64,000 bases of DNA from Thermoproteus sp. (GCA_049976425.1 JBMFIG010000001.1:192001-256000); one strand, 5' to 3'; positions 38,316 to 48,413 are shown, numbered from the stretch's first letter. Notes: generated by a model not told the origin, from the letters alone. A program made the numbers and translations.

Positions 38316-39304
38316 ATTCTAAGGACTCTGTCCAACGTATTAGGGTGTGTCTTAACTAAGAACTTCAGCCGCGAGTAGGCCGGATATAATACCTCCTCGA
38401 CGACCTCGTTCCACCCGACCTTCAACAAGCCGGTGGCCAGATGTCCGGAGCCGGCGTATCTATCCGCCTCGTACTCGTAGAGACGTATCAATGCCGTGTA
38501 GAGCAGAGACGCGCCGATTAGATGAATACCTATTAAATAGAGCGATATATTAGCATATACATAATTAATTAAATATATTCTTAAAATAAATTCACTTATT
38601 AGAAATAAAAGAATTTTATACATATGGTGGAGCCTTATATGGCCTTCTTCATGCCTCAAGGCCGCCTCTATTTCCTCCGGCTTCAGCCTCGCGAGAAGCC
38701 CGGTGGTGGCGAGTATAATACTGCCGAAGGGCGTCTCGAAAGACATGGCGTTGGCCGTGCGGTCCTTGACCACGCATATGCCCTTGGCCTTGAAGTGGTA
38801 GGCCTCGTATTCGCCAAGTATAGCGGGGTTTTCCAATATCTCTTTTTTGTTCTTTTTAAGGAAATCTAAATCTTTATATTTAGTTTTTATTATAGTTATA
38901 TAATCTACTTTAATACATTTACTTTTTAAATATAGAAATAAAGCGATATAGCTGGCGATAATCGCGGAAACCCCGACCATGAGCTGTAGAGACAGGTGGT
39001 GCACGAGCAGGGCCGGCGGCATGGAGATCAGGAACGGGAGGAATAGAAATAGGGGGTTGATCTTGATTTCCGGCGGCTCGACCAACTTGCCCGATTTCCA
39101 AGCCCCAATTATAGCTACGTTATACCTGTCGTCTCTCGCGAGCTCTCGTAGATATAGGAGATATGCGGCCCGTGCCCTCAAGCTACGGAGCTTTGGTCTC
39201 TTGATCTCTATAGTCTCGCCGTCGGCTAATATGACGCCGTCCCTTACCTCGAGCCTCGAGCCCAAGCCCAATCTCCTCCACTGGTCGCTCAAGTCGATAT
39301 ACAC
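38303..39304 (-). CDS. M48 (HtpX-like) membrane zinc metalloprotease
   Basis: ANAMS, TTGLL, HEEGH, EYEADRYA, THPN..DR; TM segments. Confidence 0.88.
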   Translation of the reverse strand: MYIDLSDQWRRLGLGSRLEVRDGVILADGETIEIKRPKLRSLRARAAYLLYLRELARDDRYNVAIIGAWKSGKLVEPPEIKINPLFLFLPFLISMPPALLVHHLSLQLMVGVSAIIASYIALFLYLKSKCIKVDYITIIKTKYKDLDFLKKNKKEILENPAILGEYEAYHFKAKGICVVKDRTANAMSFETPFGSIILATTGLLARLKPEEIEAALRHEEGHIRLHHMYKILLFLISEFILRIYLINYVYANISLYLIGIHLIGASLLYTALIRLYEYEADRYAGSGHLATGLLKVGWNEVVEEVLYPAYSRLKFLVKTHPNTLDRVLRIWTW

Positions 39305-39339
39305 AAGGCGGGAGGAAAGTCCTAATATATTGCCGGCGA

Positions 39340-39702
39340 TTACTGTAGCTTTTCGGACTCCAGTATCTCCAGGACTTTGTCGGTCTCGTACTTTTCGAGG
39401 AGATCCCAGAGCTTGCCCGATCGGTAGAGGCCGTAGACTTTGCCCCTGGCGCTTCTCTTGATGACGGCGATATAGCCGCGGTGGACGAGCTCGTCGAGGA
39501 ATCCGCGTATCATGACCGTTTTTGCCCTTATATCCTTCCTGCTATATATGCTTAGGTCTTGGGCGATTTTAGATGGTCGAAATGTTATCAAATTGCCCTT
39601 TGCATTCTTTGCTTGATCTTGCAAAAACTGTATAGTGATCCTTTTTATTACATAGGAATCGAGCTTATCGGAATATTTGTAAATTGTACGAAAGCCTTCC
39701 AT
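39340..39702 (-). CDS. Putative winged-helix DNA-binding protein
   Basis: TFRPSKIA...FLDELVHRGYIAVIKRSARGKVY pattern typical of wHTH. Confidence 0.65.
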   Translation of the reverse strand: MEGFRTIYKYSDKLDSYVIKRITIQFLQDQAKNAKGNLITFRPSKIAQDLSIYSRKDIRAKTVMIRGFLDELVHRGYIAVIKRSARGKVYGLYRSGKLWDLLEKYETDKVLEILESEKLQ

Positions 39703-39722
39703 AGATCATTAGAATTCACCTC

Positions 39723-39932
39723 TTATTTATGCATTTCTTTTCTATTTAAGCATTTTAGATTCTCTATAAAAATTATTTTCTCTTTTATTTCATTTAAGGT
39801 TTTTTCTATGTATGACAACTTATAATTTAGATAATTAAAATAAATCTCACAAGTTTCCATCTCGTCGATATCAACGCCCAATATCTTCAGTGCATTAATA
39901 ATTTGTTTAATTATTTCATCTCTATCTTTCAT
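39723..39932 (-). CDS. Small hypothetical protein (AT-rich)
   Basis: 69-aa ORF co-directional and tightly packed within the cluster. Confidence 0.55.
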   Translation of the reverse strand: MKDRDEIIKQIINALKILGVDIDEMETCEIYFNYLNYKLSYIEKTLNEIKEKIIFIENLKCLNRKEMHK

Positions 39933-39937
39933 ATTTC

Positions 39938-40837
39938 TTAAATAAATTTATAAATTTTTATAATTTTATCATTTATTATAATAGATGAATTATTTATTTT
40001 AAAGTCATATGATATATGCGGTTTAACGAGTATAATATTTGTATGCGCCATTACATCTGGCGGCGGCAGTATATTGGTGACCAGGACAACTCTAATGCCG
40101 TATTTGGCCATTTCAGTAATTATGTGTCTTATGATATTTAGATTTAAAATGTTTTGAGCTTCATCGAGTATTAATATTAATTTTATATTTTTTGTAATAG
40201 GCATATTTCTAAATTTATTGTATATAAAGGTCAGAATTAATGATATTATTAGAATCTTCTCCTCAACTAATGATAGACTAGATAAATCAATTGTTATATT
40301 TTTATTATATTTAATAATAAAATCAAGTGGGATTCTTCCTTTGTCTAATGCATCGAGAATGTATTCAAGCCTACGTAGTATGGCCGCCTTCATTTCGGTC
40401 TCGCTCTTCGTGGTTGTCAGATACGAATCTATCGCTGTCAGCAGATCTTTCGGCCGTTTAACCTCTTGATCCTTTATAGATCTATATAGAAAATAAATAG
40501 ATGGCTCATTTAGATTTAATGATATACCAATTAATTCTGCTAGGATTTTCTTATTTATATTTGATATATCTAGCTTTAATTTAGAGGCATTTATCCTAAG
40601 GCCTAGGCTGTACTCGCCGTTCCAGTCCATCACGACGACTTTCTTTCCACTACGGCTTGCTATCTTCTTGGCGAGGGTAGTCTTGCCCGATCGAGTAGGC
40701 CCTATTATGGTTATATGTTTGTCGAGAGGCAGGTAGACGAGGCCGCCGGAGCCGAGGCCTACGAACACCTCGTCGTCTCTCCAAATATATGTGGCGAGAG
40801 CCAGCGATATGAGCGCCGCGAGGGCTATGTCGATCAT
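39938..40837 (-). CDS. Membrane-anchored HerA/VirB4-like (DUF87) ATPase
   Basis: N-terminal TM helix, HITIIGPTRSGKTT, VVMDWNGEY, ILDEAQN, AKYGI; ATGA overlap with the helicase stop. Confidence 0.82.
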   Translation of the reverse strand: MIDIALAALISLALATYIWRDDEVFVGLGSGGLVYLPLDKHITIIGPTRSGKTTLAKKIASRSGKKVVVMDWNGEYSLGLRINASKLKLDISNINKKILAELIGISLNLNEPSIYFLYRSIKDQEVKRPKDLLTAIDSYLTTTKSETEMKAAILRRLEYILDALDKGRIPLDFIIKYNKNITIDLSSLSLVEEKILIISLILTFIYNKFRNMPITKNIKLILILDEAQNILNLNIIRHIITEMAKYGIRVVLVTNILPPPDVMAHTNIILVKPHISYDFKINNSSIIINDKIIKIYKFI

Positions 40838-42054
40838 CTTGTCGGCATCTCTCTCAATACTGCAGAGTTGGTGAACCACCTGGGCATCGCCCAGCGGTAT
40901 TTCCAGAATCTGTCGTCGACGGCCGCCACGTATTTTTCTCGGTTTTCTAGGCCTCTCATGACTCTGCCCATGGCTTGTACGGAGTTGCTGACCGCCGCGA
41001 AGAGCAACACGTATCTGAAGCCCGATAGCCCTAGCCTATCGACGATCTGCATCTTGGCCTTCAACCAACTATCTGTCACGTTAGGTATGGGGAATCCGAC
41101 GAGGATTGCCGCGTCCGCATCCACGTTGACGCCTTCAGAGAGCGGGCTCCCGAAATAGGTGATCACTATGTGGGGTATATCCCCAAGCGGCCTATCTGAT
41201 AACGGATATTCTCTAAGTTTAACTTTGTAATATTCATATAATTCCTTATTGGGGAGAAATAATATAATTTTATTAAAAACAGAAAAAGTATCATTTAATA
41301 TCTTTTTAATAAGTAATACAGTCGATTTGCTTATTCTATTTATATACCTTATTTTTATAGGATATATATCAATTACTAAATTTTCAAAAAATATATTATC
41401 ATTATTTATATAGTTTATATCAAGAAATTTAACGAATATCTCAGAAAAAGGTTTAGTTACAGATGCGCTCGCCAACAAAACGTCTCTTCCTTTCAAGAGT
41501 TCTCCCATTATGGGCAACAGGACGCACCGCCGGGCGTGCGAGTCGCATATCCTATCCGACGGAATGTCCTTCTCGACGAGCAGGTCGTGTAGCAGGAGGT
41601 TGTGTGCCTCGTCGATTATGACTAGATCGCTTTCCCTTAAGAGGTCGGCTATAGACGACAGGTATTCCTGGCTTTCAAGATAGGCGATAGGCAACACCGC
41701 TATCTTGCTCTGGCGCCCTATAGCTTGTAGGTACTCGTAGGGACATACGCCGGCGTTGTAAATATCGTCTATTTTAGCGAATTTTCTATTTATATATTTA
41801 TATCGGGCTTTACATATTCCACGTTCCCGAAGCAAGAGGCACTCAGTCGCCGTCCTCGCGCCGAATTTACATAGAGAGGATCTCCCGAACATCAGCGCGG
41901 CGCTCCCGCCGTACTCTGCTATGTAAGAATAGACCTGTAGAGCCTCTAGGTGCGATCTAACAAAGAACAGGGTCCTCCCGCCGTGTTCTACAGCCGCCTT
42001 GGCGAGCCTCCTGCTTTTGCCGAAGCCAGGCGGCGCCTGCAGTAGCGTCCTCAC
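40834..42054 (-). CDS. Rad3/XPD-like Fe-S SF2 helicase (short)
   Basis: APPGFGKS, GRSSLC...C...C...CPYE Fe-S cysteines, DEAH, SEGVN, QAMGRVMR. Confidence 0.85.
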   Translation of the reverse strand: MRTLLQAPPGFGKSRRLAKAAVEHGGRTLFFVRSHLEALQVYSYIAEYGGSAALMFGRSSLCKFGARTATECLLLRERGICKARYKYINRKFAKIDDIYNAGVCPYEYLQAIGRQSKIAVLPIAYLESQEYLSSIADLLRESDLVIIDEAHNLLLHDLLVEKDIPSDRICDSHARRCVLLPIMGELLKGRDVLLASASVTKPFSEIFVKFLDINYINNDNIFFENLVIDIYPIKIRYINRISKSTVLLIKKILNDTFSVFNKIILFLPNKELYEYYKVKLREYPLSDRPLGDIPHIVITYFGSPLSEGVNVDADAAILVGFPIPNVTDSWLKAKMQIVDRLGLSGFRYVLLFAAVSNSVQAMGRVMRGLENREKYVAAVDDRFWKYRWAMPRWFTNSAVLREMPTR

Positions 42055-42079
42055 ACAATGTCGCAGGCCTTTAGAGCAA

Positions 42080-42430
42080 CTACGACTTCTCTATCTCACT
42101 GAGCAACCGCCTTATGGTCTCGCCGAGCTTGCTCTCCGAGATCTCCTCAAGCTCTAGGCAGTTGCGGAGAATGCCGGAGAATAAGGCCTTGGCGACATCC
42201 TTGTCCCTTTCGCGCAATAATCTGTATCTCTCCATCAACTCTCCAGTCAGTATCTGTTCGGCCTTGCTGGGATCTTCGGCGATTAGATGCTCCAGGTCCC
42301 TGAGCTCGTCGACAACGTCGTCGAGGAGGTTGACGAACTCGGCCGGCTTGTTGGATAGGTCTATGTTGACGTAGGCCCTATTGACGCAATATCTGACAAA
42401 GCGGTACTGTAGCGCCTTGAGCGGGTCCAT
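42080..42430 (-). CDS. Hypothetical protein
   Basis: 116-aa ORF coupled to rpl31e (TAATG overlap). Confidence 0.75.
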   Translation of the reverse strand: MDPLKALQYRFVRYCVNRAYVNIDLSNKPAEFVNLLDDVVDELRDLEHLIAEDPSKAEQILTGELMERYRLLRERDKDVAKALFSGILRNCLELEEISESKLGETIRRLLSEIEKS

Positions 42431-42705
42431 TATTGTTTAGGCTTAACTAAGACGGTGCCGTCCTCCCTCTTCTCGATAACTACATCCACATAGCGCGGCG
42501 GCCTCTCTCTGCTCCGGGACCAAATCGCGACGTTGAGGGAGGGGTCTATCTTCACCTTGCCGACCTCGGTCTTCATATGCCTCGCCGCGAACTCCCTTAT
42601 TATCGCCACGGCTCTCTTGGCCCTCCGAGTGCGGGCCGCCCAGTAGGCCCTACGGAGGCTTATCCTGTATTCCCTCGACGCGACGACCTTGGCCTCCTCG
42701 GACAT
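42430..42705 (-). CDS. rpl31e: 50S ribosomal protein L31e
   Basis: [16 protein letters not shown]...KIDPSLN.AIWSR..ERPP. Confidence 0.96.
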   Translation of the reverse strand: MSEEAKVVASREYRISLRRAYWAARTRRAKRAVAIIREFAARHMKTEVGKVKIDPSLNVAIWSRSRERPPRYVDVVIEKREDGTVLVKPKQ

Positions 42706-42728
42706 GGCTCACCGCAAGAACCACCTTT

Positions 42729-42884
42729 TTAAGCCTTGAGCTTCGCCCGCCTCCAGTACCTCCTGGCGGGCGATCTCGTCACTCGGTTCTTGGTCTTCAG
42801 CCTCACCCAGGCCGGAGGATCTCTGTTAGATTTCAAAGCCGCCGCAAGCCTTAACTTCCTCCCCAACGCCTTGTTGCGCGCCAT
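42729..42884 (-). CDS. rpl39e: 50S ribosomal protein L39e
   Basis: Manual translation MARNKALGRKLRLAAALKSNRDPPAWVRLKTKNRVTRSPARRYWRRAKLKA (below the ORF-track cutoff). Confidence 0.96.
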   Translation of the reverse strand: MARNKALGRKLRLAAALKSNRDPPAWVRLKTKNRVTRSPARRYWRRAKLKA

Positions 42885-42919
42885 GTCCCCGCCGGCGTCG
42901 GCCCTTTTTAAAGATTTCC

Positions 42920-43249
42920 CTAGAAACGAAATCTATACTCCTTCCTGCTCCTCTCGTATATCTGGGCCAAGATCTCCTTGAGGTCGTCGTCTGTTATGGG
43001 CAACTTGACCCTACCGCTGGCGGCTAGAGATATGAGCTGTTGCTCCAAGGCCTCCACTAACTCCGGCCTCACAATCCTGAGGTTGTCCAGCCGCGCGAGG
43101 GCCTCCGGGGTCAATATCCTCTTCAGAGCAAGCCGCCTCTGGGCAGCCAGCTCCTCGGCCCTTCTCCGAGCCTCCGCCTGCTCCTGCATCTCCCTAAGCT
43201 TCTTCTCGCGTAGCCTCTCCAGCTCCTCGTCGCCGCCCTCGGCGGCCAT
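42920..43249 (-). CDS. PDCD5-like DNA-binding protein
   Basis: [19 protein letters not shown]...EQQLI.LA.SGR; conserved position next to rps19e. Confidence 0.93.
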   Translation of the reverse strand: MAAEGGDEELERLREKKLREMQEQAEARRRAEELAAQRRLALKRILTPEALARLDNLRIVRPELVEALEQQLISLAASGRVKLPITDDDLKEILAQIYERSRKEYRFRF

Positions 43250-43725
43250 TACTCCTTGGGCGGGGCCAGATATTTGGCTAGCTCCGGCCTGGCCTTAACA
43301 AGCTCCTTCGCGATCTTCGTGGCGATCCTATCCACGAGCGATCTCCCCTCGGGCGTGAGGACGCGTCCTCTCTTGGTCCTCGCCACGATGCCGGCTTGCT
43401 CAAGCTGGTGCAGGAGTTTCCTGATCACGGCGCCGCCCGCCTTCCTCGTCCTCTCGCTCCTCATCCCCTGGCCGACCTTAGCCCTATATCCGTAGTACGT
43501 CCTCAACCTGGACAGCCCCACCGGCCCGTCCAAGTACAGCCTCCTGACTATGGACGCGGCCCTCACGTACCACCAATCGTCATCCATAGGCGGTCTGTCC
43601 TTATTGGCGCCGGTCTTCACGTAGGCGGCCCACACAGGCGGCTTGACCTGGGCAACGTTCGTCTTCAGATATGCGGCCAGCTCCTTGATTAACAGATCCG
43701 CGGGCACGTCCTTGACCGAAACCAC
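43249..43725 (-). CDS. rps19e: 30S ribosomal protein S19e
   Basis: [26 protein letters not shown]. Confidence 0.97.
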   Translation of the reverse strand: MVSVKDVPADLLIKELAAYLKTNVAQVKPPVWAAYVKTGANKDRPPMDDDWWYVRAASIVRRLYLDGPVGLSRLRTYYGYRAKVGQGMRSERTRKAGGAVIRKLLHQLEQAGIVARTKRGRVLTPEGRSLVDRIATKIAKELVKARPELAKYLAPPKE

Positions 43726-43811
43726 GTCCCCGCCTTCGACGGCCTATTTAAAACTTTTCCCCAGCTTGGACCTAGCAAAAAGTTTTTATAGAGAGCTCCG
43801 ATAGCGAGGCC

Positions 43812-44141
43812 ATGCGCTTTTGCCCCAACGACGGCTCCCTACTCGTGCCGGTCAAGAAAGGATCGGCCACCGTGTTGCGTTGCCCCAAATGCGGCTACGA
43901 GGAGCCGGTCAACGACGCGGCTAGGTCGGCCTATAGGTCCAAATCCGCCGTCGAGAGGAAAAACGAGATACTCGTCGCGGACGCCGTGGCGGAGACTCTG
44001 CCCAAGACGAAGGCCATATGCCCCAAATGCGGCAACGAGGAGGCCTACGTCTGGATGCAACAGACGAGGGCGGCCGACGAGCCGCCCACGCGTTTCTACA
44101 GATGCACCAGATGCGGATATACCTGGAGAGAATACGCCTGA
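43812..44141 (+). CDS. tfs: Transcription factor S
   Basis: Two Zn ribbons, QTRAADEPPTRFYRC. Confidence 0.96.
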   Translation: MRFCPNDGSLLVPVKKGSATVLRCPKCGYEEPVNDAARSAYRSKSAVERKNEILVADAVAETLPKTKAICPKCGNEEAYVWMQQTRAADEPPTRFYRCTRCGYTWREYA

Positions 44142-44183
44142 TATTACAAGCCAAAGCTTATATTTAGCGACGCGTCTGTCCAC

Positions 44184-44939
44184 ATGGCGAAGTACACCAT
44201 CACGTACTCAGACGCCAAGGAGTGGTCCTACATCCTAGACTCCATAGCGGTCCTGGTGGAGGAAGCCGCCTTCGTCTTTCGGCAAGACGGACTAGCTCTA
44301 AGATCTCTAGACCCCTCGCGGACGGCCATGGTAGACCTCTTCATACCTAAGGAGGGCTTCGAGGAGTACCCGGAGCTCCAGTCGGAGGTCAGGATGGGGA
44401 TAAACTTCAAGGACTTCAGGAAGCTCCTCAGAAGGCTCAAGAAAGGCGACAAGATCTCTCTGGAGATCGAGGAGTCCAAGCTCAGAGTGAAGCTCATAGG
44501 CAAGTCCACCCGCTCTATAACGCTTCCCCTGATTGAGGCCGCCGCAGAGGAGTTGCCCACGCCCAAGGTGGTCTACACCGCCACGGTGAAGACCGCCAGC
44601 GATGTGTTGAGCCAAGCGCTTAAAGACGCCGACGCGGTCGCCGACTCGGTGAAGTTCGACGTAGACGAGGAGGCCCTCTACATAAGGGCGTCGAGCGACA
44701 GAGGCGAGGTGGAGGTGAAGCTCGACAAAGGCGGGGAGCTCGTATACGAATTCGACGTCAAGGAGCCGGCAAGCGCCACGTTCTCGTTGGAGTACCTAGT
44801 GGATATAGCCGGCAAGGCCTCCAAGGTCAGCGATATAGTCACAGTAGAGCTCGCCACGGCCAAGCCCATATCCCTAACCTTCGATATACCGGCCGGAGGA
44901 AAGCTGACCTACTTCGTGGCGCCGCATATAGAACAATAG
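44184..44939 (+). CDS. pcn: DNA polymerase sliding clamp PCNA
   Basis: LDPSRTAMVDL, FSLEYL, YFVAP. Confidence 0.95.
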   Translation: MAKYTITYSDAKEWSYILDSIAVLVEEAAFVFRQDGLALRSLDPSRTAMVDLFIPKEGFEEYPELQSEVRMGINFKDFRKLLRRLKKGDKISLEIEESKLRVKLIGKSTRSITLPLIEAAAEELPTPKVVYTATVKTASDVLSQALKDADAVADSVKFDVDEEALYIRASSDRGEVEVKLDKGGELVYEFDVKEPASATFSLEYLVDIAGKASKVSDIVTVELATAKPISLTFDIPAGGKLTYFVAPHIEQ

Positions 44940-44958
44940 ATCTGGGGAAAAGAGGGAT

Positions 44959-46303
44959 TTATTTCTCTTGGGCTATCCGCAGGTCGACCCCTATCGTCTC
45001 GGGGCCTAGGAACGCCGCGATGCCGTAGACAACGCCGGCCAATATCAGCCAGAAAGCCGCCACGAACCATATATTGCCGTCCTCTATGGGCTTAAACAGA
45101 TCGTAGAGCGGTATCGAGTAGAGCAGCATCCACGCGCTTATGAATATGCCGGAGCTGTAGCCGAAGCCGACGCCGCTGGCCCTCCTCTGGGTGGCGAAAC
45201 GCTCGGAGAGGTACACCGGGACGAGGCCCCAAGGCCATTGGGTCAGCCAACCGGCGAGAGCCGCTCCGAGGTAGAGCAGGGCGACGTCGTTCGTGGCCGC
45301 GCCTAGATACCAGACGTAGAACGCGGGGATTGCGAGAATCGCCGAAACCACGCCGGCTATGACTAATGCCTTTCTCCTGCCCAAGAAGTCCGACGAGAAG
45401 CCCCACAGAGTTACCGCTATGGCGGCGATGACGCCGGACACCCCGTAGTAGCTAGCTAGCGGCGCCCTGCGCTAGACCGGCCTTCTCAAGGATGCCGGTG
45501 GCGAAATAGAATAGGGAATAGCTGCTGAAGAAGAGACCTGTCATGAACACGAAGACTGACAGGAAGGTCCAGAGGGCGGGAGGTCTAAATAGGCTGAAGA
45601 ACGGCACCTTCTCCAGCTGTCCCTTGTTCTTGGCCTCCGAGAACACAAGCGTGTCGGGCATGGCGAACCTTATATAGAGCGCGATCACGGCCGGTATCAG
45701 TCCGGTGAGGAATACATATCTCCACGCGTAAGCCTGCATGGCGGCTTGCCCGAAGTAGGCGGTAAACGCGGCGACCACGAAGCCGCCCAGCGCGACGCCC
45801 CAGCTGAACGCGCCCTGGACTATGCCGCTGACGAGGCCCCTCCATCTAGGGGCGGAGTACTCCATGGCGAAGGGGTGGCCCGCCGCGTACTCGCCGCCTA
45901 CGAACACGCCGAGGATGAACCTCAAGGCCGAATATATCCAGAAGGCGGCCCAGCCGACCTGCGCGTACGTCGGTATCGCCGCGGTTAAGGCGCTGGCCGT
46001 GGAATAGCCTACTATGGTCATCATCAAGGTATCGCGCCTCCCCCACCTATCTGCGAGGTTCCCGAAGACCGCGCTGCCGAGAGGCCTCGCTATCATGGTG
46101 AACGCGTAGCCCAGCAACGTTATGAAGTAGCCGACCACCTCCTTCGAGAGCGTCGGAGGTAGCAGGACAGCCGCCAGCGTCGACGTCATGGCGGTCACGA
46201 ACGTTAGATCGTAGGCGTCTAGGAAGAACCCCAAAAACTGCGAAAATATCGCATTTGCCGCTTTCGGGGGCCATCTATAGTGTTCTGGTGCCCATTGAAC
46301 CAT
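44959..46303 (-). pseudogene. MFS transporter (sialate/metabolite:H+ symporter-like) split by a 4-bp frameshift
   Basis: Two MFS halves (DRWGRR, SDFLGRR) in different frames; the junction contains (TAGC)3 at 45449-45460 and removing one unit restores ...AASYYGVSG... Confidence 0.85.
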
Positions 46304-46427
46304 AGGATTGGAAATATGGTTATAAATATATTGCTCTAAGATATATGTTAATATCTCTTACGAGTTTAATTTCAGAAAACATCGATAATACCGAAAGCTG
46401 TTTTTATGCGGCTGTGGCATCCGTGAT

Positions 46428-47399
46428 ATGGCTATGAAGTTCCTCGAGGCTTTGTTTAGGAACTACTACAGGAACGCCCAGCTGGACGTGCCGGAGATAG
46501 AGAGGCGCGAGGTGGGCTATCTAACGATGGACGGCGCCATGGTCAGGCATAGATCGTTTAGATCGCTGGAGGACCTCAGATCGTTCTGCGTCGACAAGCC
46601 GCCTCTAGGGCTCTACTACTCGGCGGCGCTCTATGAAAGGCCGGACGAGAGGGACATGGACGCTAAAGGGTGGCTGGGCGCCGACCTCGTATTCGACATA
46701 GACGGGGACCACCTGGACACGCCGAACTGCAGAGGCATGGAGCTCCTCAACTACGGATGTCTCGAGGACGCTAAGGAGGAGGCCTTGAAGCTCCTCGACG
46801 CCTTGAGGAACGAGCTGGGCCTCGAGGGGTTGCCGGTCTACTCGGGCCATAGGGGGTTCCACGTACACGTAAGAGCTGAGGAGGTCAGAGGGCTCGACGC
46901 TGGCGAGCGGAGGAGGCTTGTGGACTTCTTGGTGGGGCGCAACCTCGACTTGTCGAAGCTAGAGGCGAGGGTCGGGAAGAAAGCGGTTAGGCTATACGTC
47001 GAGGAACCTGTGGGGAGCCTCGCGAGGCTCATGCGCGGCCTCGACGACGGTAGCTACTCGATAAGAATAGACGAGGTCGTGACGGCGGACGTGCACAGGC
47101 TCATCAGAGCTCCCGGCTCCCTCAACAACAAGACGGGCTTCATCGCGCTTCCCCTCTCCTATTCGGATCTGGATAGGGATGTGGAGGCCATCGTAGAGAG
47201 GGCTCTCGCCTTCAAGAAGGGCGAGGTCCTCATAAGGCTCAAGGAGCCTGTGGAGGAGGTCCTCGGCATTAAGATAGGTCGAGAGGAGGCCGTAGTGCCG
47301 ACCTACATAGCGGTATACCTACATCTGCAAGGCAGAGCCGAGATACAGACTGAGGCCGGTAGGGACGTCCAGGTACGGCGGAGAGGGCGTGGCGGATAG
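46428..47399 (+). CDS. priS: DNA primase small subunit
   Basis: GADLVFDIDGD, YSGHRGFH, IDEVVT.DVHRLIRAPGSLN.KTG. Confidence 0.95.
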   Translation: MAMKFLEALFRNYYRNAQLDVPEIERREVGYLTMDGAMVRHRSFRSLEDLRSFCVDKPPLGLYYSAALYERPDERDMDAKGWLGADLVFDIDGDHLDTPNCRGMELLNYGCLEDAKEEALKLLDALRNELGLEGLPVYSGHRGFHVHVRAEEVRGLDAGERRRLVDFLVGRNLDLSKLEARVGKKAVRLYVEEPVGSLARLMRGLDDGSYSIRIDEVVTADVHRLIRAPGSLNNKTGFIALPLSYSDLDRDVEAIVERALAFKKGEVLIRLKEPVEEVLGIKIGREEAVVPTYIAVYLHLQGRAEIQTEAGRDVQVRRRGRGG

Positions 47400-47459
47400 G
47401 CGCGGCCGCCAAGCGGTTGCCAAGAGGGGCTATATATTAAATAGGCTTGAAGATATCTC

Positions 47460-47936
47460 GTGCTCGGCGAGATATACGCCTGGCTTGAGGCAGAGATGAA
47501 CGCCAAGCTTTTAGCCAAGCCGCCCGCCTCCTCCTACGCAGAGCTCGTAAACAAGCTGAACGAGGAGCTGAAGAGGACGGCGTTGCCTCCGGCGTTGGAG
47601 GAGGGCATACGGATCCAGCTGGCCAGAGCTCTGGCCTCTATAATAGAGCTTAGGGTTAGAAAAATCGCCATGGAGCTGTATCAGGGGAGGGAGCCCCGCG
47701 ACTTGACCGCAGAGGAGGAGAGGCTGTGGGGCTCCCTCAAGAGAGTCTTGGAGATGCCGGCGAAAGTCTCCGGCAGATACGAAATAGTGGTGTTCCTGGA
47801 CAAATTCCCGATGATCTCTACCTCCGATTTCAAGCAGATAGGGCCGTTCAACAAGGGCGATCTGGCGAAGATACCGACCGAAGACGCGCGGGAGTTAGAA
47901 GCCAAGGGAGTCGTAAGGCGGTTTAAGTTGACCTAA
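47460..47936 (+). CDS. GINS subunit (Gins15/51-like)
   Basis: [26 protein letters not shown]-domain; follows priS. Confidence 0.85.
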   Translation: MLGEIYAWLEAEMNAKLLAKPPASSYAELVNKLNEELKRTALPPALEEGIRIQLARALASIIELRVRKIAMELYQGREPRDLTAEEERLWGSLKRVLEMPAKVSGRYEIVVFLDKFPMISTSDFKQIGPFNKGDLAKIPTEDARELEAKGVVRRFKLT

Positions 47937-48136
47937 TCGAGCGATCTGATTATATTGCCGAGGATCTGGGCCTTGCCGCCCGTCGGTTGGACTAAGACCC
48001 TGCCGCAGACGAGGCATCTGACGACCATCGAGGCGTGGCTGAACACCACCTGTTCGTTTCCGCAGTCGGGACAACGTATCCTCAAGAACTTGGTGCGGGG
48101 TTGCGGTATTAACGCCTTGGAGAACCGGGGCGGCAT
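47933..48136 (-). CDS. rps27e: 30S ribosomal protein S27e
   Basis: [19 protein letters not shown]...C..CG..L.QPTGGKA. Confidence 0.97.
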   Translation of the reverse strand: MPPRFSKALIPQPRTKFLRIRCPDCGNEQVVFSHASMVVRCLVCGRVLVQPTGGKAQILGNIIRSLD

Positions 48137-48137
48137 A

Positions 48138-48413
48138 TCAGACCAGCTCCACCCTCTTCATCCTTCCGAGCGTCTTGTGTAGCTTGTAGCCGCACTTTGA
48201 ACAAGTCAACACCAGTGTGATCTTCTTGTTGACCTTGGCGAACCTCTTCTGCTTCGGCTTCGGCGAAGAGCCGTATCCCTTGAGCTTCCTGTTATACCTC
48301 CTCTGGCCCTCCGCGAGCTCCCGCCTCTTGCCTTGATGGTATATGGAGACGCTGTGCTCAGTGTACGTGTTGCACCTCGGGCAGTACGCCATCACCTTCT
48401 TAGGAAAACGCAT
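48138..48413 (-). CDS. rpl44e: 50S ribosomal protein L44e
   Basis: [25 protein letters not shown]. Confidence 0.97.
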   Translation of the reverse strand: MRFPKKVMAYCPRCNTYTEHSVSIYHQGKRRELAEGQRRYNRKLKGYGSSPKPKQKRFAKVNKKITLVLTCSKCGYKLHKTLGRMKRVELV

